Positions 1 to 14,119 of a stretch of DNA of 64,000 bases are shown here, in pieces. Positions within the stretch are counted from its first letter, which is position 1. Each line of letters begins with the position of its first letter. The translations under genes were made by a program, and so were the position numbers. This stretch comes from Octopus sinensis (lineage: Eukaryota): positions 96,038,001-96,102,000 of the forward strand of contig NC_043006.1 in NCBI RefSeq assembly GCF_006345805.1, given 5' to 3'. The notes below the pieces were generated by a model. That model was not told the DNA's origin. It did no database searches and saw only the letters and a program-made list of their open reading frames with translations.

Positions 1-571
1 TAATTTTTTACATTAATCTTAATCTTATTTCCGGCAGAGTTCTTTCGTCACACTCCTGTGACCGCATCCGTGGTCCTTTGCTTTCTTCTTTCTTATTTGT
101 GTGTCTCTCCTTACTAACCGCCAGCCATTTTGTATTTCTATCGTATGTGTCTTCATTTGCGCATGCGTATATCTCTATGTGCGCCTATGTTTAGTTAGTG
201 TGTGTGTGGGGGGATGCCTTTAATATTTGTATCTTCTGTTTATATACGTTCGTGTAATTTGTTTTTATTTTTGTTTATTATTTTGTTCATGTGTTTACAC
301 CCACTTATTATTATTATTATTATCATTATTATTATTATTCTTACGTATGCTTGTATGTATGTATATATGTATAACAACAATACTAGTAATAAAAAAAAAT
401 AAATAAAAATAAAAATAAAATTTTTTTTTTAAATTTTAATTAAAAAATAATTTTTAAAATAAAAAATGTATATAGTTATTTACTTCCATTTGTTTATTTA
501 TCTGTGTATTTTATTTTATTATGCTTTCAGTTTTGTTTATGTTGTAACCAGTTTATGGGGATCCTCTTCTG

Positions 572-2460
572 TCATATGCTGTGGTGTGTGCTAGTGTTCC
601 ATTCCAGTTTCCTATTCAGGTTAGTTTTATCTTCTATTATGTGTGTAGCTTCCGTAATTTGTCTGATTGTTGCGTCTGTTCTATGTGTGGACAAGATTTT
701 AACTTCTATGTTGTTGATTGAGCCCCCGTGTTCCTGCTCGGCGTGTTGGTACAGAATCGATGAGCTCTTTCCTTACTTAAGTTCTCTCCAATAGACATTT
801 GCCCGCTCTTCTATGCTTCGTGCCGTTTCCCCTACGTATGTCTGTGTCTTGTTACTGCATCGTCCCTCTATACATCTTATACTATAGACTACATTTCTAG
901 CTTTACAGTTTGTTTGTGGGTTAAATCTACACACAGTACAGTACCTATCCGTACAGAGGGTTCTACTAAAAGGGTAGGTTCTACGGAGTATGGATTTGAT
1001 AGGGTTGCCTGGCTTTTTAACAACCTTAATCCTTCGCTTAAGTTTGTCTAGGGTCCTTCTAAGGCGGTACGCCAGTTCACCTCTAGGGGTGGTGTCGATG
1101 AACATGACACTCCGGTATTTGTGGCAATCATACCAAGAGTTGGCCTTCCCTACTTTCTTCTTTGTCCTTTCCATAGTGTTTCATGACTTGCTCCTATAGA
1201 GTGGGCAAATCCCATTCCTATCATTACATAATATAGTATCAAATTTCTTCATGGCTCCTTTGTATACTCTGACCCTTTCTTTATGGCTGTAACCTGAGAA
1301 CTGCATGCGGTGACAGATACAACTGAAATGTTGTATGTGTCTCTTTAACTCTGTGGGCTCGCTCATGCGGGACACATTTCTCATTATTCTGACGAGGTCT
1401 GCCATCAAAATATTGAATTTGGCATTGTCCGCGATAGCTGAGTTCCGGTGGATCAAGTATTATGAGGCCATAGGATTGGCATAGTACGAATGAAGGATTT
1501 GGGTTTTATTGTTCTCAGTTTCTACCCAGAGTTCTGTGTCTAGTACTGGCAGTCTGTGGTTGGGGTTTTTAGTGGGGTAGTTTATTGTGACCTTAATACT
1601 CTGGTGGATGGAGTTAGCTATTTGCTGGATGCTCTCCATAGTATTAGTTTCTATTTCTATTTCAAAAGTATTCTCTTGTGGGGGTGCCTTTACCACTATG
1701 TTGATATCATCAACATAGCGAGAGTACATATTCACGAGTATGGAATTCTATGTTAGGCGTTCCTTAAGCCTTCTGTCCCACCATATCATGAAAAGGTTGG
1801 CCACATCACCAGCGATACTAACGCCGATGGCTGCCCCCTCGTCCTGGGCATATATTTTATTGTTAAACTTAAACGTGTGGCCTTTTAGGGTAACTCTTAT
1901 ACTAGCTCCTAGTGCATGTGCGATCATTTTCTTTACCTGATGGACATTTGTGGGGGTCCGTATGGCTCTGGTCCATCCGCTCCATCTCTCTATATGGGTC
2001 TTCCTAGCCATAGAAGTAATTGTGGATGGTCTACCTCTTAAACGTCTACTGGGGCAGAAACTATTAAGATCATGTTTGTCTAGGTATTCGTTGTCATATG
2101 TCAGTCTAAGTAGGAGGCCCAGTTCCTCTGTGTTGACATCGCGGAACTCCACCTTGCTCTCTTTGATCATCTCCACGCTCTTCTCCACCGCAAGATTCAC
2201 GTCGATCGATGGGTATAGGGATACCACATCCATGCTACCCACTATACATCCTGTCAGGTCGCAAGTGTTGTTACAGTCATTGATGCTGCTGAGGATATCT
2301 TCCGTGCTGTCACAAACATCAGGTGACATCCGGATTATAGGGCGTATGATCATTGAGAGGAAGTAGGAGATTCTGTAGTTGCTAGCGATATTCGCTCCAC
2401 AGACTGGTCCTGTTGGTGGTTACTTTATGGTCTTTGCGAAGTCCATACAGTGCCGGGATA
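572..2460 (-). mobile_element. Penelope-like retroelement (RT + GIY-YIG endonuclease), 5'-truncated, pseudogenized; Cys-rich linker suggests Neptune-like
   Basis: ORFs 1748-2353, 1460-1735, 1181-1456 and 773-1174 are one reading frame broken by four in-frame stops. Motifs: GSMDVVSLYPSI, GAAIG, RYVDDI, CTDRYCTVC, NVVYSIRC..TYVGETARSIEER. My translation past the stop at 773 continues ..RQITEATHIIEDKTNLNRKLEWN.. to TGA at 572-574. Upstream PALYGLRKDHK / PPTGPVCGA is joined by a frameshift near 2420. Confidence 0.93.
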
Positions 2461-2536
2461 TCATATACATATATATGATATCACATACATATATAAACAC
2501 ACATACATGTATATATATATATATATTATATATATA

Positions 2537-2607
<71 letters not shown>

Positions 2608-2865
2608 TGTGTGTGTGCGTGTGTGTTTATGTACTACTGCGCAATTTGAATTTATATACCTGTACATAAAAGCGTTGGCACATTTCAAAAGCCGCTTCAT
2701 GTTTATTCGTACAGAAGCGTCTTAAAGTTCATTCGGCATTTCGTCGGTCAACGGCCTAGTAAACGTGTGGAATTAATGTGAAGCACATTGTCTTTGTAAA
2801 TATAAATAAATCCCTATTGGCATGCATATGTGTATATACGTATGACTACTTACATACATACATGT

Positions 2866-2908
<43 letters not shown>

Positions 2909-2956
2909 TAAATAAATAAATATATATATATATTATATATATATATAAATAAATAA

Positions 2957-3017
<61 letters not shown>

Positions 3018-3325
3018 TACACACATAGATATATAGTTAACATTTACAGAAAAACTAACATATATATAAATATATATATACATATATAAGGGTAGAAATG
3101 TATATTATTATTAAATAATGCCAATTTGAACCAGTGGTCAGCATACGTAATAAAATGTCAGAGGACCGTAAATTATATTTAAATATAAATAAGAGAAAAG
3201 ACCACTGAGTGGATTCCTAGTACGCTGAAAATAGACGTCATACCGTTCTGCCACGAAAATTGTGTTCTGAAATTAGCAAGACGCTAGATATTTACGAGCT
3301 AGACAAATGAAAGGAAATAAACATA

Positions 3326-3401
3326 GCACTTAATGCCATACCCTAAGGTTTCGCCAGAAACAATTTACTTATTGTCTGTGGCTTCTTAGTGAAATCGGTG
3401 C
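3326..3401 (-). ncRNA. Degenerate type I hammerhead-like motif
   Basis: Minus strand reads CTAAGAA-GCCACAGACAAT(AAGTAA)ATTGTTTCTGGC-GAAA-CCTTAGG-GTA. Stem II pairs 11 of 12, the cleavage triplet is GUA, and the core is damaged (CTAAGA versus CTGANGA). Confidence 0.45.
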
Positions 3402-3568
3402 CGACACATAACAACTGAACAATGCCCCACACGTCTCCGTGAGAGAATACGCGTGTATAGTGTTTCACTATTATGCATCGTAACTTCGATTCAATTGTCC
3501 TCATACTGGCGCGCCAAACTAGAAAATAACTGCAAGCATTTCGATAGAATTATATCTCATTATGTATT

Positions 3569-3725
3569 AAAGGCGGCGTGGTGGCAGAATCCTTAGCACT
3601 CCGGGCGAAATGCTTAGGTAGTTTGCCCGTCTTTAGGTTCTGAGTTCAAATGCCGCCCAAGTTCATCTTACATTTTATGCTTTCGAGGTCGATAGAATAA
3701 GTACTGTAATCAATAAAATCGATCT
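3569..3725 (+). mobile_element. tRNA-derived SINE family B (AAGGCGGCGAGCTGGCAGAA.. head), degenerate
   Basis: Similar to copies at 24823, 43352 and 48778. Confidence 0.7.
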
Positions 3726-6309
3726 AGCCTCTCGCCTTTCAAAGCGAAATTATCCACAAAGCTCGATATTCTAGAAGTAGCAGTCACATTTTCCATAAAC
3801 AATTTGAGCTGTAAGTCCTTGAACATAGGATGTCTTGCTGAGAATTATCCTGGGTCTATAGAACTACAACCATAATCCTTGCTTTAAAATTTTCATTATT
3901 TTGAATACTACTGGTAGTCTTTGACATGTCGAAAGTTTCATCTTCCTAGAAATAATCTTCTTTAGAATTATCCTCCATTACATATACATTGCCAAGTTTA
4001 TTTTCATTTTGATTTTTCTTGTTGCTATTGTTTTATTTTGTACTGCCTTTTCGCTGATCAGATTTTCCGTTTGTTAATTCGACAGCTGCCTCTGCAAGTA
4101 GGAATTTCTCTACCGTTTCTTCTGAAATTATGTTTGACATCTGCTCAGATTACATTAAAACATACTTTAATAGCATTTTCGTGGTGGTGCATTGTATTTT
4201 ACCGTCCGAAACCTTTACGTAAATCACCCGATTTTCTTAATTATCCTATTATTTACTAAAGCAACACTGCCAAGTCCTTAAACCACAATTTTACTTTAAA
4301 ATTCTAAAGTTTGCTCTCAAGTAGCTTTTCATTCCACTCCCTTCCATTTCCCTCCAAACCTATTCATTATGTTAGATTCCGTTAAGGTGTACGAACACTA
4401 TTTATGCCAAGACCTTCATTTGATTAATTCACACCTTAATATATAATGTTGGTAATTATTGAACTGAAATTTAAACATATCCTCATTTAGAGGCTTCCAA
4501 CCTAGAATATTCTTTTATATACAGTTCGGTGGGTTTTTTTTGTTTTTTTTTTACATTCACAACAACATTCATTTGTTTCTGGTTATACTAAATAACGGTA
4601 CATCAATTCTGATTCGAAAAAATATAATAATGTTTGTCTGAGCTGAAAACAGCTTTGTGGAAACTAGTCAACAGAAACCATGACAACATAACAGAAGAAA
4701 ATAGAGAGAAAATAAATATCATTAAACTACATGCCTTATTTTACAGCATCGCTGGACCTCCCAAATTCGAAAGTACGACAGTAGGAAATTTTGATGGAAA
4801 ATAACCCTGATCTATGAGTAATATTTATATGGAGTAATGGAGTAATTGCTAATCAAGAAATTCCTTTGAGTAATAATTTAGCTAAGTCTCGGTATGGATT
4901 CGACTGTTAGACAGCTTTGGGCTGTGTTCTTACTCATGCATTACTGAAACACCAACCACTAACAAGGAGGCACTAGCAATAAGCAGGTATATTACGCAGG
5001 TAAATGGGAAATTATTGCACGGATGTATGAAAGAGAGGGATGCTTCAAAACGTAATACTGTAAGCATTACATTAAGTGTATTACAAGGAGGCTCCCTGTC
5101 AAAGCTCCTTTTATGTTAAGGTTAATAACTACTGAATTTTTTATATAAATGCTTCAGAAAGTAACTCAGAAACTATCTGAATATGGCCTGTAGTAAATCA
5201 CACTGCAGCACAGATTCCCCAAATTTACTTGAGAAATTTCTAGGAAGAGTGAGTTTGGAATGAGAGGCAAGTTAACGGTGAAATGAAAACAAAAGTCAAG
5301 AATATAAAGACAGAATTCAGATCTAGATATTCTCCGGAAACACCGAAGTAGAAAGACTAGTCACCCAACAACAAGTAACTACGTTATGAAAGTTGCAAAA
5401 AAATAAAATATAGGTACCTCTCACATTAATTCTTACATTTTACTTCGATCAGACTCCTGGAGAGTATTAGAATAATCTAAAAACACAAAAGTACTTGCGT
5501 CAGATCACATCATAAACGGTCATTAAATTAACTACGACTCGAGTAATTCCCTGAGCTCTCACCTATTACACAGTGGAAATTGGTGAATAGAGAATGAAGA
5601 AAGCCTGGCAAAACATGTCGGATGGTCACATTTAAGCAATTGATAAGAACAAGGTTTTATCAAGTTGAAATTTGAGAGAAGCATTATAGTACACCCTCGT
5701 TTGTGTGGGTTCAGTACAGCTGAAAGATTAAAACTTTCTCCTAAAAGTCACAAAATGGAGGGTTTCGATCCCTCTGCGCGCTATTTTGGGCTAGTACTTT
5801 TGATAACCTTGTTGCCAGCGACAAAAATTATATCTACTTTTCTGACGAAAACAATGCCGTTCTGAACATTTTGGCCGCCAATGTATATATATATATACGT
5901 GTATGTGTGTATACATGTATATATGTGTCTATATAATATATATATATATATATACTTACTTATATTTATATATATTTGTCTGAGTACTTGAGTTTTTATG
6001 TGTGTGTTTGTGTTTTTGCGTGTGTGAGTTTGTGTGCGTGTATGTGTGGTTGTGCATGTATATGTGCGTATACGTTTTTGATAAATTAATGGTAGAAACG
6101 ATAAACGTGTTAAATATGTCAGTGTTTCAGAATTTTGCAAAGTATGATATATGTTTATTGATATACACAGTAAACAAGATTTTATATCCAAACCACGTTT
6201 CCTTTCAATCTGTCTTTTCGTCCCCTATACTCACCAGTGAATCAGGAAGTGATTAATAACTGCTTAAATTAACTTCGATGCGTGTTCGTATAATCTTGTG
6301 TTATTCGTC

Positions 6310-6690
6310 GACCATTGTTATTCGCTATGCATCAGGAGGGTCTGCTTTGAATTTCTGGAGGAAGAATTTGGCCGGATGCCAGACGATCGAAATAAGTTTC
6401 TTTTGGTTAGAATGCTATTGAGAATGAAACAGTATGAAGCTTCTCTGTAAAAGAATGGCTTCAATACTTCTATCCATTGCCAAATGCTGGTGTCTAATCT
6501 ACATTTTGTGTGTGTTTTGCTTATGATCATTATTTCTCTTGTTTCCCCCGCGTGTGTGGAGATGCTGTGGCGTTCTCCAGGTATCTACGGCAGAATAAGT
6601 TATTATACAGTTGCTGGGGCTGGTGATCTTTGAACAAGTTCCCAGTGACTCATATATAATATTATATACACCCGGTGAAGATATTAGCAC
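6310..6690 (-). mobile_element. Possible old Penelope-like GIY-YIG C-terminal relic
   Basis: Frameshifted PGVYNI.. and ..IEVLKPFFYRE, resembling the EAxxIxxLKPxLN tail of PLE endonucleases. Confidence 0.35.
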
Positions 6691-6901
6691 ATTACATTTC
6701 CTGTTCTGGACGCTGTGGAATAGATAAATCTACTTTTTGGAATTTTCTGTTTGGTTCTTAGTTTTCACAGTTTTTACAGTGTTAATATTACTAGAACGAG
6801 ACGCCGTTCTTTGCGCAGACTTAGATGGAATCGGTAACGCTCAAAGAGTATTCCATAAATAGGAAACATTTTGCATAACTTTTATTTATATTACTGACGC
6901 A

Positions 6902-7101
6902 TTCTTTTATTCCTTTATTTGTTTCAGTCATTTGACTGCGGCTATGCTGGAGCACCACCTTTAGACGAGCAAATCGACCTCAGGACTTATTCCTTGTAAG
7001 CCTATTACTTATTCTATCGGTGTTTTTGCCGAACCGTTAAGTTATGTGGACGTAAACACACCAACATTGGTTGTCAAGCGATGATGTGGGGACAAACACA
7101 G
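6902..7101 (-). mobile_element. SINE family A, 3' module only
   Basis: Matches the ..CGCTTGACAACCGATG..CAGTCAAATGACTGAAAC module seen in 39373-39779. Confidence 0.8.
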
Positions 7102-7795
7102 AAAAATTCATACATACACACACACACACGCACTCTCTCTCACACACACACACACACATAGTCGTTTCATTTTAATGCACCTGTTTGTAAATTCGGCCAT
7201 AAAATGCACATACGCACACACACTCATGTGTGTGTTTGTAAGTGTGTGAGTGTGTGCGTTCGCGTGCGTATGTGTACAGAAACATGCATAAGACAAATCT
7301 ATACTGGAACTTTGAAAAAATAGAGAAAAAATATGCAAGTTTTTTCGAAATTACGTAAGAGGTTTTTCCTCTGTAACTCTCTCTCCTTCTCTCCATCACT
7401 CTTCCTCTCTCTCTCTCCGTCTCATTCTCTCCCTTCTTTCTCTCTCTCTTCCTTCTTTTGCTCAATAGCAACTGTTATAAGCGAAATATATCGGTAGACT
7501 TTGATTTAAATGTAAGTGATTTTAGATTAGCTAATTTTAAAACTCTCGATGTTGTGCTGAAGAGCTCAGGACGAAGGCGAAATAGAACGACCCATGACCC
7601 CTTTAATAATAAATAATTATATGGAAAAAGGTATGTATGCTCTTTTAATTGTTTGATAGTGATTTCTGAAAATAAGTGGGGAGAATGACAAAATAAACGG
7701 GGGGAAGCGATTCTTCCCTCTTAGGCAGCAACTCTGTTTCTCTCTCTCGCTCTCTCCCATTATGCTTCACTTCCTTGTGAACAAACCACGTGTAT

Positions 7796-7827
<32 letters not shown>

Positions 7828-7848
7828 ATATATATATATATATATTCC

Positions 7849-8211
7849 GCATTCCGTCGGTAACGACTACGAGGGTTCCAGTTGATCCGATCAAGGGAAC
7901 AGCCTGCTCGTGAAATTAACGTGCAAGTGGCTGAGCACTCCACAGACACTCGTACCCTTAACGTAGTTCTCGGGGAGATTCAGCGTGACACAAAGTATGA
8001 CAAGATTGGCCCCTTTGTTATACAAGTACAACAGAAACATGAAGAAAGACTGAGAGAAAGTTGTAGTGACAGAGTACAGCAGATTTCTCCACATGCCCCT
8101 GCCGGAGCCCGGAGCTTCGCGGAGCTTTTAGGTGATTTCGCTCAATAAACTCTCACAACGCCCGGTCTGGGAAACGAAACCGTGATCGCACGACCACGAG
8201 TCCGCTGCCCT
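7849..8211 (-). mobile_element. tRNA-derived SINE family C
   Basis: Reverse complement matches 39860-40176 (..GTGTCACGCTGAATCTCCCCGAGAACTACGTTAAGGG..GTAACCGACGGA). Confidence 0.88.
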
Positions 8212-8319
8212 ATATATATATATCAAACGTATCCCCATGATATGTATTTTAAACGCGCCGTTATATATCTCTTGAATATTGTTCTGGTAACAATATGAAT
8301 ATTGTTCTGGTAACTTCTG

Positions 8320-8646
8320 TTATACTTCTCTCCTCCGTATTTTGTGGGGTTTTTTTAGGTGTATGGTAAAAGTGTATGTTGGCTGTTTCTGTTGTCCTAC
8401 ACTGTTGCTATCAATAAATCCGACAGAGGATTCAGTAGGGTCTATTTTATGTCTTTTTTTTCCCCTTAGACAACCATTAATGCTATTGATGTAGAGTTGA
8501 TGTTGTACGTCTGTGTAGACAATAGAGGAAAGATATTCCTGCGCTGTCAAGTACGTGTTTATTATGATATGTGAATGATTTCCGAGGTGGTTGTTGGAAT
8601 ATCGTGTTGATCTACTTAAAACCGAGTGTGTACTTTTGTAAAACAA
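8320..8646 (-). mobile_element. Possible Penelope-like RT thumb relic
   Basis: FYKSTHS..RYSNNH..IINTYLT loosely resembles YRKPTHT..Y.SNHP..II..YL.R. Confidence 0.3.
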
Positions 8647-8825
8647 TCAAATTGTAGATGTATTTACTCCAGACTATAGTATGATGTTTACTGTATACTC
8701 TTTTCTGTCTGAGGTCAACTTTTGATTTAATAATCATCATGCGAGAATTTAATGAAAATTCAAATGAAAATTATTGGCGTTTGCTGTGTTTTATATTGTT
8801 TCAAACTTTACTTCAAGGCCAATAA

Positions 8826-9008
8826 TTTTGTGAGGGAGGCTTTTAAGTCGATTACATCGACCCCCATAACACAAATGGTATTTATTTATTAACATCAAAA
8901 AATCGAAAGAAAAATGTGTCCTCGACGGAATTTGAACTCGGAAATGTAAAGACGGGCGAAATGCAGCTCAGAATTTTTCCCGGGATGCTAGTAATTCTAC
9001 CAGTTCAC
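8826..9008 (-). mobile_element. SINE family B, degenerate
   Basis: Contains GTCGATTACATCGACCCC..GGAATTTGAACTC, reverse complement of the family B core. Confidence 0.7.
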
Positions 9009-10480
9009 ATTTTCTCTGCGTATCCTTTAACTCTCTCAATTTTCTATGAAGTTTGCAAGCAAGTTATAGGCTTGTAATTATGAAGCTCTGTCGTATATGT
9101 ATGTTCTTGGAAATTTATGCTGTTTTCCCTTCCACCATTATTGGCATTGAAAAGCTACTTCTGGGAGATATTTGTAACTTTGTTTATCCAAACGGCTTTA
9201 CAGTGTCTTGGAAATTTTTAATATATTGGTCATTTCGTTGCAGGCTATGTCAGGCCATGATTTGGTGCTCCTGTGTTTTATATTCTCTCTTCCCTTCAGA
9301 CATCGCAGTTCTAAATTTCCCATATTGATGGGAGTTATGTTTTCACGTGCATATTGTTGTTAAGCTTGAGCTTGTGATTATCAGCAATGGATTAGGAGAT
9401 TCGTTAGAGGAAGCATTGGACGAAAGAACGAAATGCCCTACACTATTGAATTACCATTCTTTACGTGCAAGAGTTAAACTTCTGCAGGATCGGTTTTACC
9501 TTTCTTCTTTCTGGAGTTGATGAATTAAAACCAGACATAACCGACAACCTCCATTCCCCAAAATCTTGTGACTAAACATACACGCAGACGACAATAATAA
9601 TTGCATGTTTTCTCTAATACTCTGACGTAATTTTAACCATCTGCTCTGGCTTGCTGACATAAATAGTCGATAATTCTTCAATCCAGCAACCTGACGTAAT
9701 TTGTCGATAACAACCCACTTGTTTGACCTGCAGCAGCAATCTAACATGACAGAACACGGCAATCGATTACTTCCCTTCACTTACACTCTCTCCCGCTCTA
9801 CACTCAACAATTCTATCTCTCTCCCTCTTCCTCTCTCTCTCTCCTTCTCTCTCAATCTTTTGTCTATGTGCGTGTCAATGTGTCGGTGTCCATATATAGA
9901 TGTGTGGATGTGCGTGTGTATGTGCGTGTGTATGTGAGGTTGTGTGTGTATCTGTATGAGTGTGTATATACATTCAGATATATATACACACATATATGTT
10001 TATATACGTATATACACAAACATATACATAAATATATACGTACACATAATTATTTCTACATAAAATATAGGCGAATAGATGTTTATCAAATAGCAAAGCA
10101 TACAAATTCCTAATTTATTAAAATTATGTCCGTCTCTAGAGAATGTGTCATAGTAAGCAAAGACAATTAAGAATATCTCCACGTGACTAAGAGGAGACAA
10201 TCTCGCGAATCAAGGATTCCCTGTTGACATGCCGTCAAGAGGAGCGATGTAGACACGCGCCTCTGCCTCGACAAGGCATCATCCATTTACAACTGTACAG
10301 GTATATAGGTAGATGTATACTATAAAGTATATAAAAGTATATATATATATATGTATATATATATGTGTATGCGTGTGTGTGTGTGTGTGACTGTGCGCGC
10401 GCACGCGTGTGATTGAGTATAAATACACATGCACACATGTATGCAAACACATACACACATACACACACACACACAAACGA

Positions 10481-10539
<59 letters not shown>

Positions 10540-11629
10540 GTAGCACGTCTAAAAGAACGCTTAGTAATATTTCGACCGCTAACGTTGTGAGTTCATATTC
10601 CGCCGTGGTCCTTTTTTGCCTGTCATCCTATCAGGGTCGATAAAATAAGCAGCATTTGAATATTAGCATGAACGTAAATAATGCACGCCCTCCCGCGTGA
10701 AAATTTCTGGCTTTGTGCTGAGTGTATGTGTGTGTGTGAATGTGCGCAAGTATGTGTTCGTGTTAGTGTGTAGTCGAATGTGTGTACCATCGGTAAATAA
10801 ATAGATGTATTGATAGATCGATAGTTTGATAAAGAGACAGACAGACAAATTGTAGCTATCGATCAATCGATAGCTACATACATACTTGCGTTGATGCATA
10901 CTACGAATATATATATATATATTCATCTGTACACACACACATACACACATACACACACACACACATCATATAATATCTATATATATATATATATATAATA
11001 TATATATATATATTATATATATATATATATATACATATATACATATATATACATATATATATACATACAGAAATACACACACACATCAAACCATATGAAA
11101 CCGGACACGAGAATTGACAGAGCACTGTTACGTGTGAACGCGAATCATAATATATCTTGCAGAATCTTTACCTCACATCAAAGTTAACCTTTTGTTTGAA
11201 GAACAAAGCGATGCCATCTTTCATTCTTCTTCTACCGATTTCAATCGTTTCTCTGTGGCCATACTGGGGCAAAGATTTCAAGCTTCCTATTCGCTTACGA
11301 TGACAACATTACTTTTGTCTGCTAGTTATTTCATCAATCTTGAACGAAAAGTATTTCGAAAGAGACATGGAGTAAATAGGAGATAACTCAACACCACATC
11401 ATCAATGGAGGCTTCGTGTCTGAGAGCACCGCTTCTCCAGCTAATGGATAGGGGTCTAGTATAGAAAGAATAGGAATAGAAGAATAGGGAACCCATCGTT
11501 CATCTTCAAATATTTCATTTCTCCCACAGCTATTTCTAGGACTCACTCGAAAATACACAATGATCACATATTTATTAATTGTAGTTATTAAATTAATATA
11601 TTTGAAATCTATTTTCTATATTCGATTAT

Positions 11630-11853
11630 TCTTTTATTCTTTTAGTTGTTTCAGTCATTTGAATGCGGCCATGTTGGAGCACCGCCTTTAGTCGAACAAA
11701 TCGACCCCAGGACGTATTCTTTGTAAACCTAGTACTTACTCTATCGGACTCTTTTTGCCGAACCGCTAGTTGACGGGATGTAATCGCACCAACATCGGTT
11801 GTCAAGCGATGGTGAAGAGGGCAAACAGACACAAATAACAAATACACATATAT

Positions 11854-11900
<47 letters not shown>

Positions 11901-12000
11901 GACGGGCTTCTTTCAGTTTCCATCTACCAAATCCACTCACAAGGCTTTGGTCGGTCCGAGGCTATACAAGAAGACACTTGTCAAAGGTGCCACACATTGG
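11630..12000 (-). mobile_element. SINE family A (bipartite, internal TA tract)
   Basis: Both modules match 39373-39779; 5' end truncated. Confidence 0.85.
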
Positions 12001-12026
12001 CATGCGTGTGTCTACATATGCGTGTG

Positions 12027-12061
<35 letters not shown>

Positions 12062-12427
12062 GTGTGTGTGTATAGAACTTTCTGAACAAACGACGTGCAG
12101 CTTGACACCCTCCAAGCTACTTTCTATTTAAGCATATATATGTTTTATGAATCTTATCTCTCCATTTTATATTTCTCTTAATTGAATGACAACTGTCTCT
12201 TTAACTCCTGTCACTCTATCAATTTAATTACTCTCCTGCTAAATATTTTCACCTGTAAGGCACAAATCAAAATGTCATTTGTTTAATCATCAGACTAAAT
12301 TTACCTTCATACCGTTGTTGTCTCATCTTTCTTTTCACAGTAACATTTCTATCTATATTTTCTTATAGAAATATTCACCTGCATGTCTGTGTGTGTGTGT
12401 TTCTCTGCGTACGTGTGTAAGCACGCA

Positions 12428-12660
12428 GTATGCATGTATGTATGTATGTATGTATGTATGTATGTATGTGTGTATGTATGTATGTATGTATGTATGTATG
12501 TATGTATGTATGTATGTATGTATGTATGTATGTATGTATGCATGAAACGAATGTATGTATGTATTTATGTATGTATGTATGTATGTATGTATGTATGTAT
12601 GTATGCATGAAACGAATGTATGTATGTATGTATGTATGTATGTATGTATGCATGTATGTA
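12428..12660 (+). repeat. (ATGT)n microsatellite
   Basis: Direct reading. Confidence 0.95.
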
Positions 12661-12806
12661 TTGTGTGTGTGTGTTTAAACCTGTACTCTACTTGTGTATG
12701 TCTTTTCCTTCTACGTCCTATTTGAAGACAATGATTTGGTCTTCATATTTCGAAACCGTTGTAGATGAGATAACTGTCTCATCGCATTCAGCTAAATTTA
12801 ATTAAT

Positions 12807-13351
<545 letters not shown>

Positions 13352-13924
13352 TAATGCACACACACACACACACACATGCATACACACATACACCGAATTT
13401 ACTTACAAGTCATTGGCCAGTCGGAAGCTATTATAGTAGTAGTGGTATTAAATACGAAACTACGCGGTTGGGAAACACGATTATCGGAAATCTTTATAAT
13501 GTAAAGACGGAAGGAAGAGATTTCATAACCGGATATCGGTAAGAAACGTCGGCAGCCAAAACAGAAGCCGATTCAAATCTATCTTTAGAAAAAGCAAGAC
13601 TGTGAACGGCGAGCCTAAGCGTACGAAACTGGTTTCCTCTGTAAGAGACAAACCTTGCAGCCCAGAATTGAATTAGCCGTTTAGCAGAAAACGCTTTTGC
13701 TGCTTGATAAATTGTGATATATCAGCTTTAAAGGAATCCGTATAAACAAGTTTCGAAATGGCCATTGCAAATTTAACACATTCCAGTGATGGGGATGCAG
13801 CTGAAGGAAAAGGAAAGTGGATATAAGCATAAAGGATCTTTTAAACAATTAGTGGCCCTTTTTTCGAATTGCCAATCCACATTCGTAAAGTAATCCTTCC
13901 TGATAAAATTGGTTTCACATTTTG

Positions 13925-14119
13925 ACACAAGGGTCAACAGTTTGTGGGGAGAGAATGCAAGTCGATTGCATCAAATCTAGGGCTCAATTGATCTTTATTT
14001 TATCGACCACGAAAGGATGAAAGGCAAAGTCGACCCCAGCGCCATTTGAACTCAAAACACAAATTCGGAAGAAATGCCGCTAAGCAGTTTTTCCGGCGAT
14101 TCTGCCCGTTCGCTGCCTT
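13925..14119 (-). mobile_element. SINE family B
   Basis: AAAGGATGAAAGGCAAAGTCGACCCCAGCGCCATTTGAACTC, reverse complement of the family B core. Confidence 0.75.

Noticed and set aside
4860-5200. Possible LINE RT relic (VLQGGSLSKLL, VNGKLLH)
   Set aside because: Too decayed to call from motifs alone
5860-5885. Tc1-like terminal repeat
   Set aside because: Single short match with no partner TIR or transposase
13500-13680. Short open frame ..RNVGSQNRSRFKSIFRKSKTVNGEPKR..
   Set aside because: No credible acceptor or start and no recognisable domain
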